A program made the position numbers and the translations under genes. A stretch of 64,000 nt of DNA, taken from Thainema sp. (lineage in GTDB: Bacteria > Cyanobacteriota > Cyanobacteriia > Phormidesmidales > Phormidesmidaceae). This document shows positions 1-10,301 of this stretch, one piece after another (within the stretch, counting starts at the first letter, position 1; each line of letters starts with the position of its first letter). The stretch covers positions 32,001 through 96,000 of the forward strand of contig JBQLZK010000005.1 of the NCBI GenBank assembly GCA_052168235.1. Direction: 5' to 3'. The notes below the pieces were generated by a model. That model worked only from the letters and a program-made list of their open reading frames with translations, searched no databases and was not told the origin of the DNA.

Positions 1-772
1 CGGAAATGCCCTGCACACCCTGACGCAGAATATCATCGGCAATCCGGAACGCTTCTTGGACGGGCGTTTGCTCAGAAATTACCGTCAGCAGCTTATCGTT
101 GGGAATCACGATCAGCGTATCAACTCGGCTTTGCAGCGCTTCAATGCCTTCTTCTGCCTGTCCTGTGCGGCGACGACCTTCAAACGTAAAAGGACGAGTG
201 ACAACGCCAACGGTCAGGGCACCCACTTCTTTGGCAACCTCGGCCACCACAGGCGCAGCTCCTGTTCCGGTACCGCCACCCATACCTGCGGTGATAAATA
301 CCAGGTCAGACTGCTCTAGCGAACTGGCAATCTCATCTCGCGATTCCTCTGCCGCTTTTTGACCAATAGCCGGATTACCGCCTGCGCCCAATCCCCGCGT
401 CAGCTTTTGGCCAACTTGGAGGCGATTGATGGCACTCGCATTAGTTAAAGCCTGTGCATCTGTGTTAATTGCCCAGAACTCAACTCCAGCTACGCCACTC
501 GAAATCATGCGGTTGACTGCATTACAACCGCCGCCGCCAACACCGATTACTTTAATCCGGGCTACGCTACCTGGCACAATATCACCGTCCCTCATATCTT
601 CTCCCATCATTAAACGCGCATCATGGGACTGACTGGAGTTAAAGCTTGAGCTTGTAAAAGGATTATTAGAATTGGATGCCATAGCCGTTTCAGCTGCGAT
701 GGGTATAGGAGATGGGTTCTCTGGCCGATCGCTTTCGTTATAAATAAAAGCGTTGTCATCTATATTGGTCAT
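1..772 (-). CDS. ftsZ: Cell division protein FtsZ (5' part; runs off the window start)
   Basis: Manual translation from ATG at 772: MTNIDDNAF...[18 protein letters not shown]...[14 protein letters not shown]...[12 protein letters not shown] (tubulin signature); downstream of ftsQ. Confidence 0.97.
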   Translation of the reverse strand, partial: MTNIDDNAFIYNESDRPENPSPIPIAAETAMASNSNNPFTSSSFNSSQSHDARLMMGEDMRDGDIVPGSVARIKVIGVGGGGCNAVNRMISSGVAGVEFWAINTDAQALTNASAINRLQVGQKLTRGLGAGGNPAIGQKAAEESRDEIASSLEQSDLVFITAGMGGGTGTGAAPVVAEVAKEVGALTVGVVTRPFTFEGRRRTGQAEEGIEALQSRVDTLIVIPNDKLLTVISEQTPVQEAFRIADDILRQGVQGIS

Positions 773-1086
773 CTTATCTATCAATCAATGTTCCGGCTTT
801 GGAATTTTTGGGGTTGTCAAAAAAATTGAGACTGAAAAATGGGTAACTTTAGGCAGGGTTGATTCTAGTCAAATATAGGGTAAGTTCCCTGAAAACCCAA
901 GCGATTGCAAATTGATGCCGCCAGATCAAGACAATAGTCTGGATTCCCCAACTCTAGAAACAGCAACAGAGAGAAAACAGCTCAATGCATGAGCGCTATC
1001 AACACATGAGAGTCATCAAAAGTTACTATGCTCAGCCTGCATAATGCAAGATTGTTCAGGATCTCTCAATCCTTTCGGTTGAATCG

Positions 1087-1929
1087 CTAATTTTTCGTCA
1101 TTATTTGTAACTTCGGCGCTTGGGGATTGCGCAAATCAATATAGTCAATTGTTTGGCCGTTGAGCTGCTGAGGTAACTGTCGCATCTGGTTCAACGCCTC
1201 AATTTGTTTGGGAAAGTAGCTGGATGAATAGGAACCAAAATGCACAATCCCCAGTTCTGTGTGCAGAATCAGGTTGGATGGGATGCGCCAATCGATAGCT
1301 TTGATCTGAACGGGACTAGTTTGTAGATGCTGATATAGGCTGCTCCACTCGGTTTGTTGGGCAGTTTGCTGGGCGCTGAAACCGTAAATGCGTAAGGGAG
1401 GTAATTCGTCGGCTTGATCGAGTTCGGCCAACTGACTCAGCGGCATCCACAAACCGCTGGCATCCAATAAGCCAGTTTGATTGGGGTCAAGCGCACTCAG
1501 GTCGATAGTATCTGAAATCTCGGTTTGTTTTGGTAGTGCGATCGCAACTGGATGTCGTTCTTCGACCTGCACAACCAACCGAGGTGGCAGAAGGCGACGC
1601 GTGACTTTCGCTTGAACAATCGGCGCTAATGTTTCTAGCTGCGCTTCGATCGCTTCTGGTTCGATTTCTAGTAGAGCCTTTGGATAGTCAATCGGCAGCA
1701 GCGACTGAATCTGTTCGGGTGATAGCAGTTGATTGCCCTGAACGGTGACTTGGTTTGGTTGACGAATCAGCCACACGGGTCGCGTCATTAACCAAGCGGA
1801 ACCCACTGCAATGCCGCTAATCGCAGAAGCTCGCCACAGATTTTGCAGCAGTCGCCAACGCCGCTGCCGCCGCAGCGACTGCCGCCGTTCGGTCAGTTCA
1901 TTTCGAGAGGTGGGAGAAATGGGCGTCAT
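1087..1929 (-). CDS. ftsQ: Cell division protein FtsQ/DivIB (TM + POTRA)
   Basis: Basic N-terminus, one TM segment, POTRA-like VQGNQLLS, C-terminal YIDLRNP; upstream of ftsZ. Confidence 0.92.
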   Translation of the reverse strand: MTPISPTSRNELTERRQSLRRQRRWRLLQNLWRASAISGIAVGSAWLMTRPVWLIRQPNQVTVQGNQLLSPEQIQSLLPIDYPKALLEIEPEAIEAQLETLAPIVQAKVTRRLLPPRLVVQVEERHPVAIALPKQTEISDTIDLSALDPNQTGLLDASGLWMPLSQLAELDQADELPPLRIYGFSAQQTAQQTEWSSLYQHLQTSPVQIKAIDWRIPSNLILHTELGIVHFGSYSSSYFPKQIEALNQMRQLPQQLNGQTIDYIDLRNPQAPKLQIMTKN

Positions 1930-2032
1930 CTAAGTCAATGAGGTGAGGAAGCAGTGATGAGGACTCCTCATCTAGCAGCCATAACAATAGCGCTAAGTTG
2001 GTGACTTGTGTTGATGAGTTCAGGAAATTCAA

Positions 2033-2440
2033 AGGGAGGGGGTGTAAAGGCTGTAAAGGCTGTAAGGGGCAAGGGGGCAGGGGAGCGAAGGGGGAGTCGA
2101 GGGAGTCAGGAAGAGAGAGATGAGTAATCAAGAGCTGTAGGGTGTTGAGCAAAGCGAAACGCACCAAGGGCTGCAAAGGGCTGTAAGAGTCGAGTTTTGA
2201 GTTTTCAATGTTGAGTGTTGAATGCTTGACTCAATTCAAATTGAGGATGAACAGAATCAACATTTATAGGGCAAGGGGCTTAAGCCCCTTGTTCAGTGCA
2301 GTCTTACAAAGGATTGGTATGACTCAATTCAAAACTTAACATTCAAAACTTCTCACTCTTCTCGCCTCACTCCAACAGACCCTACGACTTCCTTTACAGC
2401 CTCTACAGCCCTTTACAGCCTTCCTTACGCCTCACCCTCC
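2033..2440. repeat. Nested inverted mosaic of short tandem repeats and a small palindromic element
   Basis: GGCTGTAAAG-like units on the left, CTTTACAGCC-like units on the right; inner TTTTGAG/TTCAAAA-type heptamers; central CAAGGGGCTTAAGCCCCTTG palindrome. Confidence 0.75.
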
Positions 2441-2457
2441 ATCACCGAAGCCAGAAA

Positions 2458-2769
2458 TTAGAGCAGATTAAAGCCGTAAACTTGGGATGCGATCGCACTT
2501 AGCAGTCCCAACAATCCCAACGTGCGGCGGAAGTAGTTGACACCTTGGAAGAGTTCTAGCCAAGACCAGGTAAAGAAGGTGCCAAATGCGATCGCGCCGA
2601 ATAGATGCTCTAGGGCACTATTGGTTGAGAAGAGGTACAGGGCAGTGGCGGCAAAACTGGTCAAAATTGGTAGATTGGGCGGTTGGGCAATCACAATATC
2701 GCCTTTGTCGTCGCGGAAGAAGCGGTCGAATAGGGTCGTAGCGGTCGTGTTGTTCATCGGCTTCAGCAT
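2458..2769 (-). CDS. Small conserved membrane protein (start may be ATG 2757)
   Basis: IVIAQPPNLP and ELFQGVNYFRRTLG motifs; three hydrophobic segments. Confidence 0.75.
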   Translation of the reverse strand: MLKPMNNTTATTLFDRFFRDDKGDIVIAQPPNLPILTSFAATALYLFSTNSALEHLFGAIAFGTFFTWSWLELFQGVNYFRRTLGLLGLLSAIASQVYGFNLL

Positions 2770-2838
2770 CCGTTTTGTGAATTGGTCTGTTTTATTAAAA
2801 TCATGCTGAGCGGCTAAGACCTGTTGCTAGGGAGAGAT

Positions 2839-3270
2839 TTAGGGGCGATACGTCTGCCGCAGTTGTTCAAGCTGTTGTGCCCATTTGCCAGCGAGTTCGG
2901 CATCGGTGAAGGGAATGGATACGGTTTCATTGGGGAGGTGAATTGCGATCGCAACTTTACGTCCTTTTTCGGGCAAATCAGATGTTTCGTCTAGCTGAAT
3001 TGGAAACTCTTGACCATCCACGTTCACGCTAATCGACTCCACCTCTTTCAGTGAAACCGTTTTAAGATCCACAGGCCCTTTGCGCGATGGCGATCCCCAG
3101 GTCAGTTGGTCAGCTTTTTGACCCAGCGCAGCGTAGATATCGTATTTGGCTCGTTCAAAGTCCGCTGCCCAGGTTTTGTAGGCTTCAACTTTTTGGTATT
3201 CGTTCCAACCCGCCCAGGCCAGCCAGATAAACAAACCGAGCAGCGGCAACCACATTAAACCTCGTTCCAT
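2839..3270 (-). CDS. Conserved cyanobacterial hypothetical protein with N-terminal TM anchor
   Basis: MERGLMWLPLL...WNEYQKVEAY...AKYDIYAALGQ. Confidence 0.8.
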   Translation of the reverse strand: MERGLMWLPLLGLFIWLAWAGWNEYQKVEAYKTWAADFERAKYDIYAALGQKADQLTWGSPSRKGPVDLKTVSLKEVESISVNVDGQEFPIQLDETSDLPEKGRKVAIAIHLPNETVSIPFTDAELAGKWAQQLEQLRQTYRP

Positions 3271-3485
3271 ATTGCGCGATCCCTCCAACAGCCAGCGCCA
3301 CTATTGTCGCGTAATTTTGTGACGTAATCTTGCAATCTGAATTGCGATCGCAGCTTGATATTGTGCCCAAAGTCCCTGGAGTTGGCGCATAACGGCGAAT
3401 TCCAAGAGTGGCTGATTCACTCGGTGCTGGGCTATCGTGGTGGAGCGTACTTCGCATCACACCGCAGACTGACACACCACGACCT

Positions 3486-5267
3486 ATGAAAAAGCTGTTA
3501 CTAATCGGGCTGTTTTTGGGAGCCATGCTCTGGGCACTGATGTCCTATTCTGGACTGGCCAATCAGGGCACGTATGACAGTTTGATCCTCAACTTTGCCG
3601 ATGATATTCCGAATGAGCAGATTGAGCAGGAACTAAGTGCGATCGCAAAACAGTATGGCACTTCATTTCGGCTGAATAGTTCCTTTTCAACGGATGAAAA
3701 TCTCTATTTAGTTGAAGGGGATCAGGCTCTACTCAAGCAATTACGCCGCTCAGAATTGGCCAAAGAAACGGAAACCATTGAGCCAAATTATCAATACTCA
3801 ACGCTGGCGATTCCCAATGATCCCGACTACAGCAAGCAGTGGAATCTGCGCTCAATCGGTATGGAAAAAGCCTGGGAAGAGACCCAAGGTGAGGGCGTTG
3901 TCGTCGCTGTGATCGATACGGGTGTGAGTCGCGTTCCGGATTTGAAGGACACCAAGTTTGTCAAAGGCTACGATTTTGTCAACGATCGCGAGGATGCCTC
4001 AGACGATAACGGGCACGGCACTCATGTTGCTGGAACCATCGCTCAATCCACAAACAATAAATATGGTGTGGCGGGGATCGCCCACAAAGCCAGCATTATG
4101 CCACTCAAAGTCCTCTCCGGTTCCGGTGGCGGCAGCGTAGCCGATATTGCCGAAGCAATTCGCTATGCGGCAGACAATGGGGCAGACGTGATCAACATGA
4201 GTCTAGGTGGCCCTGGCGATACCGATTTGCTGCGGACAGCGACCGAGTATGCCTATCGGAAAGGGGTTGTAGTGATCGCAGCGGCGGGTAACGAGCAGCG
4301 CAACTCCGCGTCTTATCCGGCCCGCTATCCGCACGTTCTGGCAGTTGCGGCATTGGATGCCACCGGACAAAAGGCTCCCTACTCAAACTTTGGCGCAGGC
4401 GTGGATATTTCCGCACCAGGGGGATCGCTGGTCAGCGGTGAAGCAGGCGGCATTCTGCAAAACACGATTAATCCCCAAACCGGGGAATCTGTCTTTTCAG
4501 CCTTTCAAGGCACCAGCATGGCCGCCCCCCACGTAGCGGGTGTAGCCGCGTTGATTAAGTCCCAAGGTGTTGAAACGCCCGACGAGGTGTATGAAATCCT
4601 GCGTGAATCATCACAGAAAGTCGAGAACGACACGTTCAACCACTTTGGCGCGGGTCAACTCAATGCATCAGAAGCGGTGCGATTCGCGGGTCACGGCAAG
4701 ATTAGCCTACGCCATTTCTTCCGCTGGCTGGTGGAAAATGGCTATCTCAATCTCAAGTTCTGGTTCGACGGTGGTGTTGTCGCGCTATTACCAAAACTGG
4801 CGATGGTGATTGGCTCATATCTACTGGCTTGGCTGCTGCGGGTTTACTTACCGCTGGTCTGGACGTGGCCGCTCTCCTGGGGATTGATTATGGGCAGCAC
4901 GGGACTGTTCCTGTTCCGAGGACTGTACATTTGGGATTTACCCCAGTGGCCATTCCGCGTGGCGGGTAGCGCGATCGCAGAATGGGGTAACGTCATCCAA
5001 GGCAGCAGTCTACTGAATCCGATTTTTGCTAGCGTGTTGATTCCCTTTGTCCTGATGGCCCTATTGCTGGGACATTCTAAGTGGAAGTGGTTCATGATTG
5101 GCACGAGCCTGGGCATGGCGGTGTTCTTGGGCGTAAGTGCGATCGCAGATCCAAGTTTAATGTGGCTCGGTCAGGGCACAATCGCCCGTGGGTATCTCGC
5201 GTTTAATGCGCTGCTCTGCTATGGTTTGGCGTATCTAGCCACCAAAACGGAGGTGAAGCCTGTATGA
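3486..5267 (+). CDS. S8 subtilisin-like serine protease with C-terminal multi-TM domain
   Basis: Triad motifs VIDTG, HGTHVAG, GTSMAAPHVAG; hydrophobic C-terminal ~170 aa; start MKKLLLIG at 3486. Confidence 0.93.
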   Translation: MKKLLLIGLFLGAMLWALMSYSGLANQGTYDSLILNFADDIPNEQIEQELSAIAKQYGTSFRLNSSFSTDENLYLVEGDQALLKQLRRSELAKETETIEPNYQYSTLAIPNDPDYSKQWNLRSIGMEKAWEETQGEGVVVAVIDTGVSRVPDLKDTKFVKGYDFVNDREDASDDNGHGTHVAGTIAQSTNNKYGVAGIAHKASIMPLKVLSGSGGGSVADIAEAIRYAADNGADVINMSLGGPGDTDLLRTATEYAYRKGVVVIAAAGNEQRNSASYPARYPHVLAVAALDATGQKAPYSNFGAGVDISAPGGSLVSGEAGGILQNTINPQTGESVFSAFQGTSMAAPHVAGVAALIKSQGVETPDEVYEILRESSQKVENDTFNHFGAGQLNASEAVRFAGHGKISLRHFFRWLVENGYLNLKFWFDGGVVALLPKLAMVIGSYLLAWLLRVYLPLVWTWPLSWGLIMGSTGLFLFRGLYIWDLPQWPFRVAGSAIAEWGNVIQGSSLLNPIFASVLIPFVLMALLLGHSKWKWFMIGTSLGMAVFLGVSAIADPSLMWLGQGTIARGYLAFNALLCYGLAYLATKTEVKPV

Positions 5268-5482
5268 GCTTAAAACTAGAAGGCAAAATCCAAAAAGTTG
5301 CGATGGGATCGGGCACTTGGGCACTCGCAACCGCCGATCAAACATACGAAATACACGACATACCCGATGATCTAAAACGGGAGGATCTCAGCGTCAAGGT
5401 GACGGGCAAGGTTCGCGACGATGTGATGACCTTTGCAATGATTGGCCCCGTGTTGCAGATCGAATCCTACGAAGTTCAGTAA
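5264..5482 (+). CDS. Small conserved hypothetical protein
   Basis: 72 aa; overlaps protease stop; GGAGG RBS upstream; DVMTFAMIGPVL motif. Confidence 0.75.
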   Translation: MSLKLEGKIQKVAMGSGTWALATADQTYEIHDIPDDLKREDLSVKVTGKVRDDVMTFAMIGPVLQIESYEVQ

Positions 5483-5498
5483 GTTACAAAAGCACAGC

Positions 5499-5535
5499 AG
5501 AAAGGGCGATTGGCACAGTGCCAATCGCCCTTTCT
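5499..5535. terminator. Hairpin between convergent genes (probable bidirectional terminator)
   Basis: AGAAAGGGCGATTGGCAC-A-GTGCCAATCGCCCTTTCT perfect inverted repeat. Confidence 0.7.
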
Positions 5536-5561
5536 AAATATTTGATTACCGCTAAGACAGC

Positions 5562-5822
5562 CTATAGCTTGCCCTCAAACCGCTGATACCAAATCCAGTT
5601 GCCCAGAACAGTGATGAGGAACACGATACCGCCGCCAACCAAAGCCAGTGTCGGATTGTAGCCACCACGACTTAAGTTTTCCATCCAGAGGTGAGTGCGA
5701 TCGGACGGCAGCAGCAGATTCATCATAAATGGCGACAGATACATCAGCGCTCCACCGACCAACAGCCAGCCCACCATTGAGGTCAGCAGAAAAATTGTTT
5801 TCGCAGTCGATTGAGTACCCAT
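5562..5822 (-). CDS. Small 2-TM hypothetical membrane protein
   Basis: 86 aa with two hydrophobic helices. Confidence 0.75.
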   Translation of the reverse strand: MGTQSTAKTIFLLTSMVGWLLVGGALMYLSPFMMNLLLPSDRTHLWMENLSRGGYNPTLALVGGGIVFLITVLGNWIWYQRFEGKL

Positions 5823-5824
5823 TT

Positions 5825-6178
5825 TTAACTATCTTCAGATGTGTCTTGCAAAATTTTTTCCAAGGTTGTCTTTAATCTTGGCAAGTCTACTTGAATGGTT
5901 GCCCAGATGATCTCTAGGTCTACCTGAAAATATTCGTGAATAGCTACGTTCCTCATGCCTCGAATATCTAACCAAGGTATTTCAGGATAGGCCGCTTCCA
6001 CTTCTAGTAATATAGTCGCTGTAGGCTCACCAATCACAGCGAGTCCGTACAAAACAGCTTTCAATGTGCGTCGATCCTGACAAAACTGGGCAAAAGTCAT
6101 ACCTTCAACAAACTGCTGAATTTCGACGACTTCATCCAACATGTCTTGGATTCTTTCGAGGAAACCTCTAGAAGGCAC
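5825..6178 (-). CDS. HepT/DUF86 HEPN ribonuclease toxin
   Basis: PEIPWLDIRGMRNVAIHEY contains the HEPN RX4HXY motif; overlaps the MNT gene. Confidence 0.9.
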   Translation of the reverse strand: MPSRGFLERIQDMLDEVVEIQQFVEGMTFAQFCQDRRTLKAVLYGLAVIGEPTATILLEVEAAYPEIPWLDIRGMRNVAIHEYFQVDLEIIWATIQVDLPRLKTTLEKILQDTSEDS

Positions 6179-6461
6179 GCACTGCCTCCTTCAGCACTGT
6201 TTCTTTTAAAGTTGGTTTGAGAGAGGTAGGTGTGCCTAAATCCACGGAGCAGCCCAAGATATCCTCTAAATAGCGCTTCAATCCCAGAAACGTAAATAAG
6301 CCAACAGGTTTCTCGAACTCCACCAGCAGATCTACGTCGCTTTTGGCATGAGTGGTATCTCTTGCAACTGAGCCAAACAAAAATAGCGCTTTTACTGAGT
6401 ACTGCTGTAGCTGCTCTCGATGTTCGGATAACAAGTCTAAAACTGTTTGTCTACACAGCAT
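6168..6461 (-). CDS. MntA-like minimal nucleotidyltransferase antitoxin
   Basis: LFGSVARD...SDVDLLVEF (GSX10DXD); 97 aa; GGAGGAG RBS. Confidence 0.9.
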   Translation of the reverse strand: MLCRQTVLDLLSEHREQLQQYSVKALFLFGSVARDTTHAKSDVDLLVEFEKPVGLFTFLGLKRYLEDILGCSVDLGTPTSLKPTLKETVLKEAVRAF

Positions 6462-6492
6462 TGATTAGCTCCTCCTAAGTCTAGACGCGCTA

Positions 6493-6566
6493 GTAGGTTG
6501 GGTTGACGAAGGAAACCCAACAGGATAGGTGAGGTGTCGGGTTCCGCGTTGCTCAACCCGACCTAC
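6493..6566. repeat. GTAG-type REP-like palindromic element
   Basis: GTAGGTTGGGTTGA...TCAACCCGACCTAC terminal inverted repeat; related copy at 61392-61467. Confidence 0.8.
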
Positions 6567-6570
6567 GAGA

Positions 6571-7782
6571 TTAAGCCATTACCGTTTGTACTGCTTTTAG
6601 GTCGAAGATTTTGGCGATGGTTTCTTCGACGGCTCGGTCGGGCGTAGATGCTCCGGAGGTAATGCCAACGGTGATTTTGCCAGCGGGTAGCCAGTTTTGC
6701 GTCACCGTCAAATCCTCATGCAGCGGCTTGTGTTCAATCTGTTGATCCGCGCCAATCCGGTCGGCGCTGTCGATGTGGTAGGACGGAATGCCACGCTCTA
6801 CGGCGATTTCCTGGAGGTGAGTCGTGTTCGACGAGTTGTAGCCACCGATGACCACCATCACGTCGATGTCTTCCTCAATGAGCTGGAACATAGCGTCCTG
6901 CCGCTCTTGGGTGGCATCACAGATGGTGTTGAAGCTCTGGAAGTGTTCGCTGACCTCGGTGGGGCCGTACTTTTTCATCATTGTGCGTTCCAGCAGCTTG
7001 CCGATCTGCTCGGTTTCGCCCTTCAGCATGGTGGTTTGGTTGGCGATGCCGACGTAGGCCAAATCCACATCGGGATCAAAGCCTTCCGAGTGAGCATGCT
7101 TGAACTTCTGCATGAACTCAGCCTTATCACCACCATTCAGGATGTAGTCGGCGACATATTCCGCTTCTTTCAGGTTCAGCACCACCAGGTATTTACCCGC
7201 AAAGGAACTGGTGGCAATAGTTTCCTCGTGCTTGTACTTGCCGTGAATAATTGAGGTAAAGTCTTTTTTCTTGTGCTTTTCGACGGTGTTCCACACTTTA
7301 GACACCCAGGGGCAGGTGGTGTCCACAATGGTGCAGCCGCGATCGCTAAGTAGCTGCATCTCCTGAACGCTGGCACCAAAGGCAGGCAAAATCACCACAT
7401 CGCCCTGTTCCACCACAGAAAAGTCTTTCTGACCGTCCTGCACTTCGATGAAGCCGACGTTCATCTCTTTGAGCCGCTGATTCACGGACGGATTGTGAAT
7501 AATCTCATTCGTGATCCAAATGCGCTCAGTGGGGAAGTGCTGCCGCGTTTCGTAGGCCATTGCTACGGCTCGCTCCACACCCCAGCAAAATCCGAAGGCT
7601 TCGGCTAGGCGAATTGTAACGTCGCCTCGGGTGAGGGTGTAGTTGTTGTTGCGAATTTCTTGGATCAGGCTGCTCTGATACTCCGTCTGGAGCTGATCGG
7701 CAACGGCAGCTTCATGGCCGAAGCCGCGCCGATGATAGTGTTCGGACTGCTGGAGGGAACGCTTAAAGGCTTTGGTATCCAT
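6571..7782 (-). CDS. ispH: 4-hydroxy-3-methylbut-2-enyl diphosphate reductase
   Basis: [45 protein letters not shown] motifs. Confidence 0.98.
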   Translation of the reverse strand: MDTKAFKRSLQQSEHYHRRGFGHEAAVADQLQTEYQSSLIQEIRNNNYTLTRGDVTIRLAEAFGFCWGVERAVAMAYETRQHFPTERIWITNEIIHNPSVNQRLKEMNVGFIEVQDGQKDFSVVEQGDVVILPAFGASVQEMQLLSDRGCTIVDTTCPWVSKVWNTVEKHKKKDFTSIIHGKYKHEETIATSSFAGKYLVVLNLKEAEYVADYILNGGDKAEFMQKFKHAHSEGFDPDVDLAYVGIANQTTMLKGETEQIGKLLERTMMKKYGPTEVSEHFQSFNTICDATQERQDAMFQLIEEDIDVMVVIGGYNSSNTTHLQEIAVERGIPSYHIDSADRIGADQQIEHKPLHEDLTVTQNWLPAGKITVGITSGASTPDRAVEETIAKIFDLKAVQTVMA

Positions 7783-7843
7783 AGGATGTTTGTAAAGTTG
7801 CCGTTGGTAATCAGCCTATCAAATTCAGGTCTTCAATTCATAC

Positions 7844-7901
7844 TGAAAAAAGCGGTTAGAGAGGGGCACGCGACGCGTGCCCCTCTCTAACCGCTTTTTC
7901 A
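7844..7901 (-). terminator. Long hairpin / terminator downstream of the SGNH gene
   Basis: GAAAAAAGCGGTTAGAGAGGGGCACGCG-A-CGCGTGCCCCTCTCTAACCGCTTTTTC. Confidence 0.7.
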
Positions 7902-7946
7902 TTCAGTCGAAAATGCGATCGCACCCAAGCCCACGTACTAGACACA

Positions 7947-8813
7947 CTAAGGCTCAGCATTCGCAACAGAAACATCCTGCGATAGTTTCAACTGGCTGTA
8001 AAGCTGAAAGGCAGTGCGCCAGACGAGATAGCCCTGTTCGTTCAGGTGTAGGCCATCGGTGCTGAGAGTGGGTTTTAGATAGCCATCACTGCCAACAAAT
8101 AGGGGATAGAGATTGAGAAATTCAATTTCGTGTTCAGCCGCGATCGCAGCTAACTGTTCATTCACCGCTTCAATTCGATCATTGGGCAAAGCAGCGAGTT
8201 TTGCTTTGCCTTCCCAACTGGCGGTTTCGCCTTGGTGGGGCAGGATTGACTGAAGAATGATTGGCGTATCGGGGTGTGTCCAGTTAAGGTAGCGGACAAT
8301 CTTGCGAATATTGCGAACCACCTGATCGGGGTCTTGGCCCTGAATCAAATCGTTGATGCCAATCATCAGCACAATGACAGCGGGATCGGTTTGGTCAAGG
8401 AAGTGAACGCGATCGAGTACGCCTTCACTAGTGTCACCGGAAATGCCTTGATTCAACCAGGTATAGCCATCGGGGAGTAAATCGGGCGGAAACCAGAGGC
8501 TAATTGAGTCGCCCAGCAAAATAGCGAGATTTTCAGGCTGCTGCTCTTGCATAGCAATGGCTTCTTGCCGCAGCAGATCCGTCCACTGGTCATAGTCCAA
8601 ATAATGCCTTGGCCCAAGCTGGGGAACAATACTAGATAACGTGGCCGATGGATCAGCGTTTTCCTCAGCGGTGGAGAGCGATGCGATCGCAGTTTCTGGC
8701 TGGGAAGCCTGCCGAATTTGGCGCGGCAGCAAGCCAGCAATGCCAGCAAAGCACAGCCCGCTGAGGATGAGCATCAATCGAATGAGTTGAGTTTGCCAAC
8801 CTGAGTTAGACAC
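7947..8813 (-). CDS. SGNH/GDSL hydrolase
   Basis: LLGDSIS, NQGISGD, IGIND, DGLH blocks; N-terminal TM/signal. Confidence 0.92.
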   Translation of the reverse strand: MSNSGWQTQLIRLMLILSGLCFAGIAGLLPRQIRQASQPETAIASLSTAEENADPSATLSSIVPQLGPRHYLDYDQWTDLLRQEAIAMQEQQPENLAILLGDSISLWFPPDLLPDGYTWLNQGISGDTSEGVLDRVHFLDQTDPAVIVLMIGINDLIQGQDPDQVVRNIRKIVRYLNWTHPDTPIILQSILPHQGETASWEGKAKLAALPNDRIEAVNEQLAAIAAEHEIEFLNLYPLFVGSDGYLKPTLSTDGLHLNEQGYLVWRTAFQLYSQLKLSQDVSVANAEP

Positions 8814-9271
8814 ACGCAGCTATCCATATTGAGAGGATTGGCTCAGATTTTATAGCAAACTTCTCCGGTTGGCATGGCCTTGTAACGGTAATCAAACCTT
8901 GAGAGAAATCTATCCCAAAAGATGTTTGGTTATAAGTTACAAGTATCAGTGAGTTTGAGTACATGGATTCATGACTTCTGCCATATTTTTTGTTAGCCCA
9001 CAAATAGGATTGGGTACTCTACGTCTATCCAACCAAAGGCAGAAAAAAGGCGGGAAGTAAATACGTAATCGAACATCCTTATTACATATTTACGTAATTT
9101 CCAGGTAACTTCATCGTTGCAGCTGTTTGCTTGGCTCCGTTACTTGAGCGGCTGAATAACCGTCCTAATACCTGTCATATGCAATCCGGTTTGAGAAGCG
9201 GATTCGGCATTGTGCGTTCTCTGTTTAAGGTTTACTCCACGATTACCCTGTCGCTATTCCCCGGTTAAGCT

Positions 9272-10288
9272 ATGCAGTTGCGCTTTAAATCAATCACCAC
9301 AAGTTTTCTCCTGGCCGTTCTGACATTTACGCTGACCCTCAGCTGTAGTCGATCTGATCCAAATCTCACCCAAACTTCCACTGAACCATCATCTACAGAT
9401 AATTTTCGAGTCGCCATGATCACCAGTGGCGCGCAAGATGACGGCAGTTGGAGTGAGTCAGGTTACAACGGCTTACAGATGATCAAAGAAGAATTTAACG
9501 CCGCAGTTGACTTCAAAGGCGAAATTAGTGATGCCGATGCAGAGCCGTTGCTTCGGCAGTATGCAGAAGAAGGCTATGACTTCATCATTGCCCACAGTGG
9601 AGGGTACATTGAGCCTACTGAGAAGATTGCGGATGAATTTCCTCGCACCAAGTTTGCGATTGTCACCACCTATCCAGGCAACAACCGCAACTTGGGAGCT
9701 GTAGCTTTCCGATCTGGCGAAGTTGGTTATCTGTCTGGTGTTTTAGCAGCAATGACCACGCAGACGAACAAGGTGGCCTATATTGTCGGTGCCGACTATC
9801 CCGTTTATGTAGAAGAAGCACAGCTTTTCCGTAAAGGCGCATTGGCGACAAATCCCAATCTGGAAGTAGCAACGGAATTTCTGCAAACCTGGACAGATGG
9901 CGAAATTGGCAAAGAGGTCGCGCTGGGATTAGCTGACCAAGGCTATGACGTGTTTGCGATTAACGCTGATGAAGCTGGGGTCGGGGCAATCAAAGCGGTT
10001 ACTCAGCGGGATGGAACTCGCGTAATTGGCTGGACAACGGATCAGTACGAACTGGCTCCCGATCGCGTCATTACGAGCATGCTGCAGGATATTCCCAAGC
10101 TGGTCTTTAATTCAGCCGATTTGATGCAGCAGGGACGCTGGGAAGGCAAGCTGTACAAATTTGGGCTCAAGGAAGGCATTTATGATATTGCTCCATTCCG
10201 GGGTTCGCTCACTCCAGAACAGGAAGCAACCTTCAACGATATTCGTGAGCAGGTCATGACCGGAGAAATCGATATTTCGCCCAACTAA
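9272..10288 (+). CDS. BMP (basic membrane protein, PnrA/Med-like) lipoprotein
   Basis: Lipobox-like LTLSC; DDGSWSESGYNGL, GYLSGVLAA, VIGWTTDQ motifs. Confidence 0.88.
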   Translation: MQLRFKSITTSFLLAVLTFTLTLSCSRSDPNLTQTSTEPSSTDNFRVAMITSGAQDDGSWSESGYNGLQMIKEEFNAAVDFKGEISDADAEPLLRQYAEEGYDFIIAHSGGYIEPTEKIADEFPRTKFAIVTTYPGNNRNLGAVAFRSGEVGYLSGVLAAMTTQTNKVAYIVGADYPVYVEEAQLFRKGALATNPNLEVATEFLQTWTDGEIGKEVALGLADQGYDVFAINADEAGVGAIKAVTQRDGTRVIGWTTDQYELAPDRVITSMLQDIPKLVFNSADLMQQGRWEGKLYKFGLKEGIYDIAPFRGSLTPEQEATFNDIREQVMTGEIDISPN

Positions 10289-10301
10289 GCCGAACCCTGT
10301 T

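Noticed and set aside
56..632. Three plus-strand ORFs
   Set aside because: Antisense shadows of ftsZ
1898..2176. 92-aa ORF with PLQPLQPLHP repeats
   Set aside because: Artefact of the purine-rich repeat tract; no RBS or domain
6697..7254. 185-aa plus-strand ORF
   Set aside because: Antisense shadow of ispH
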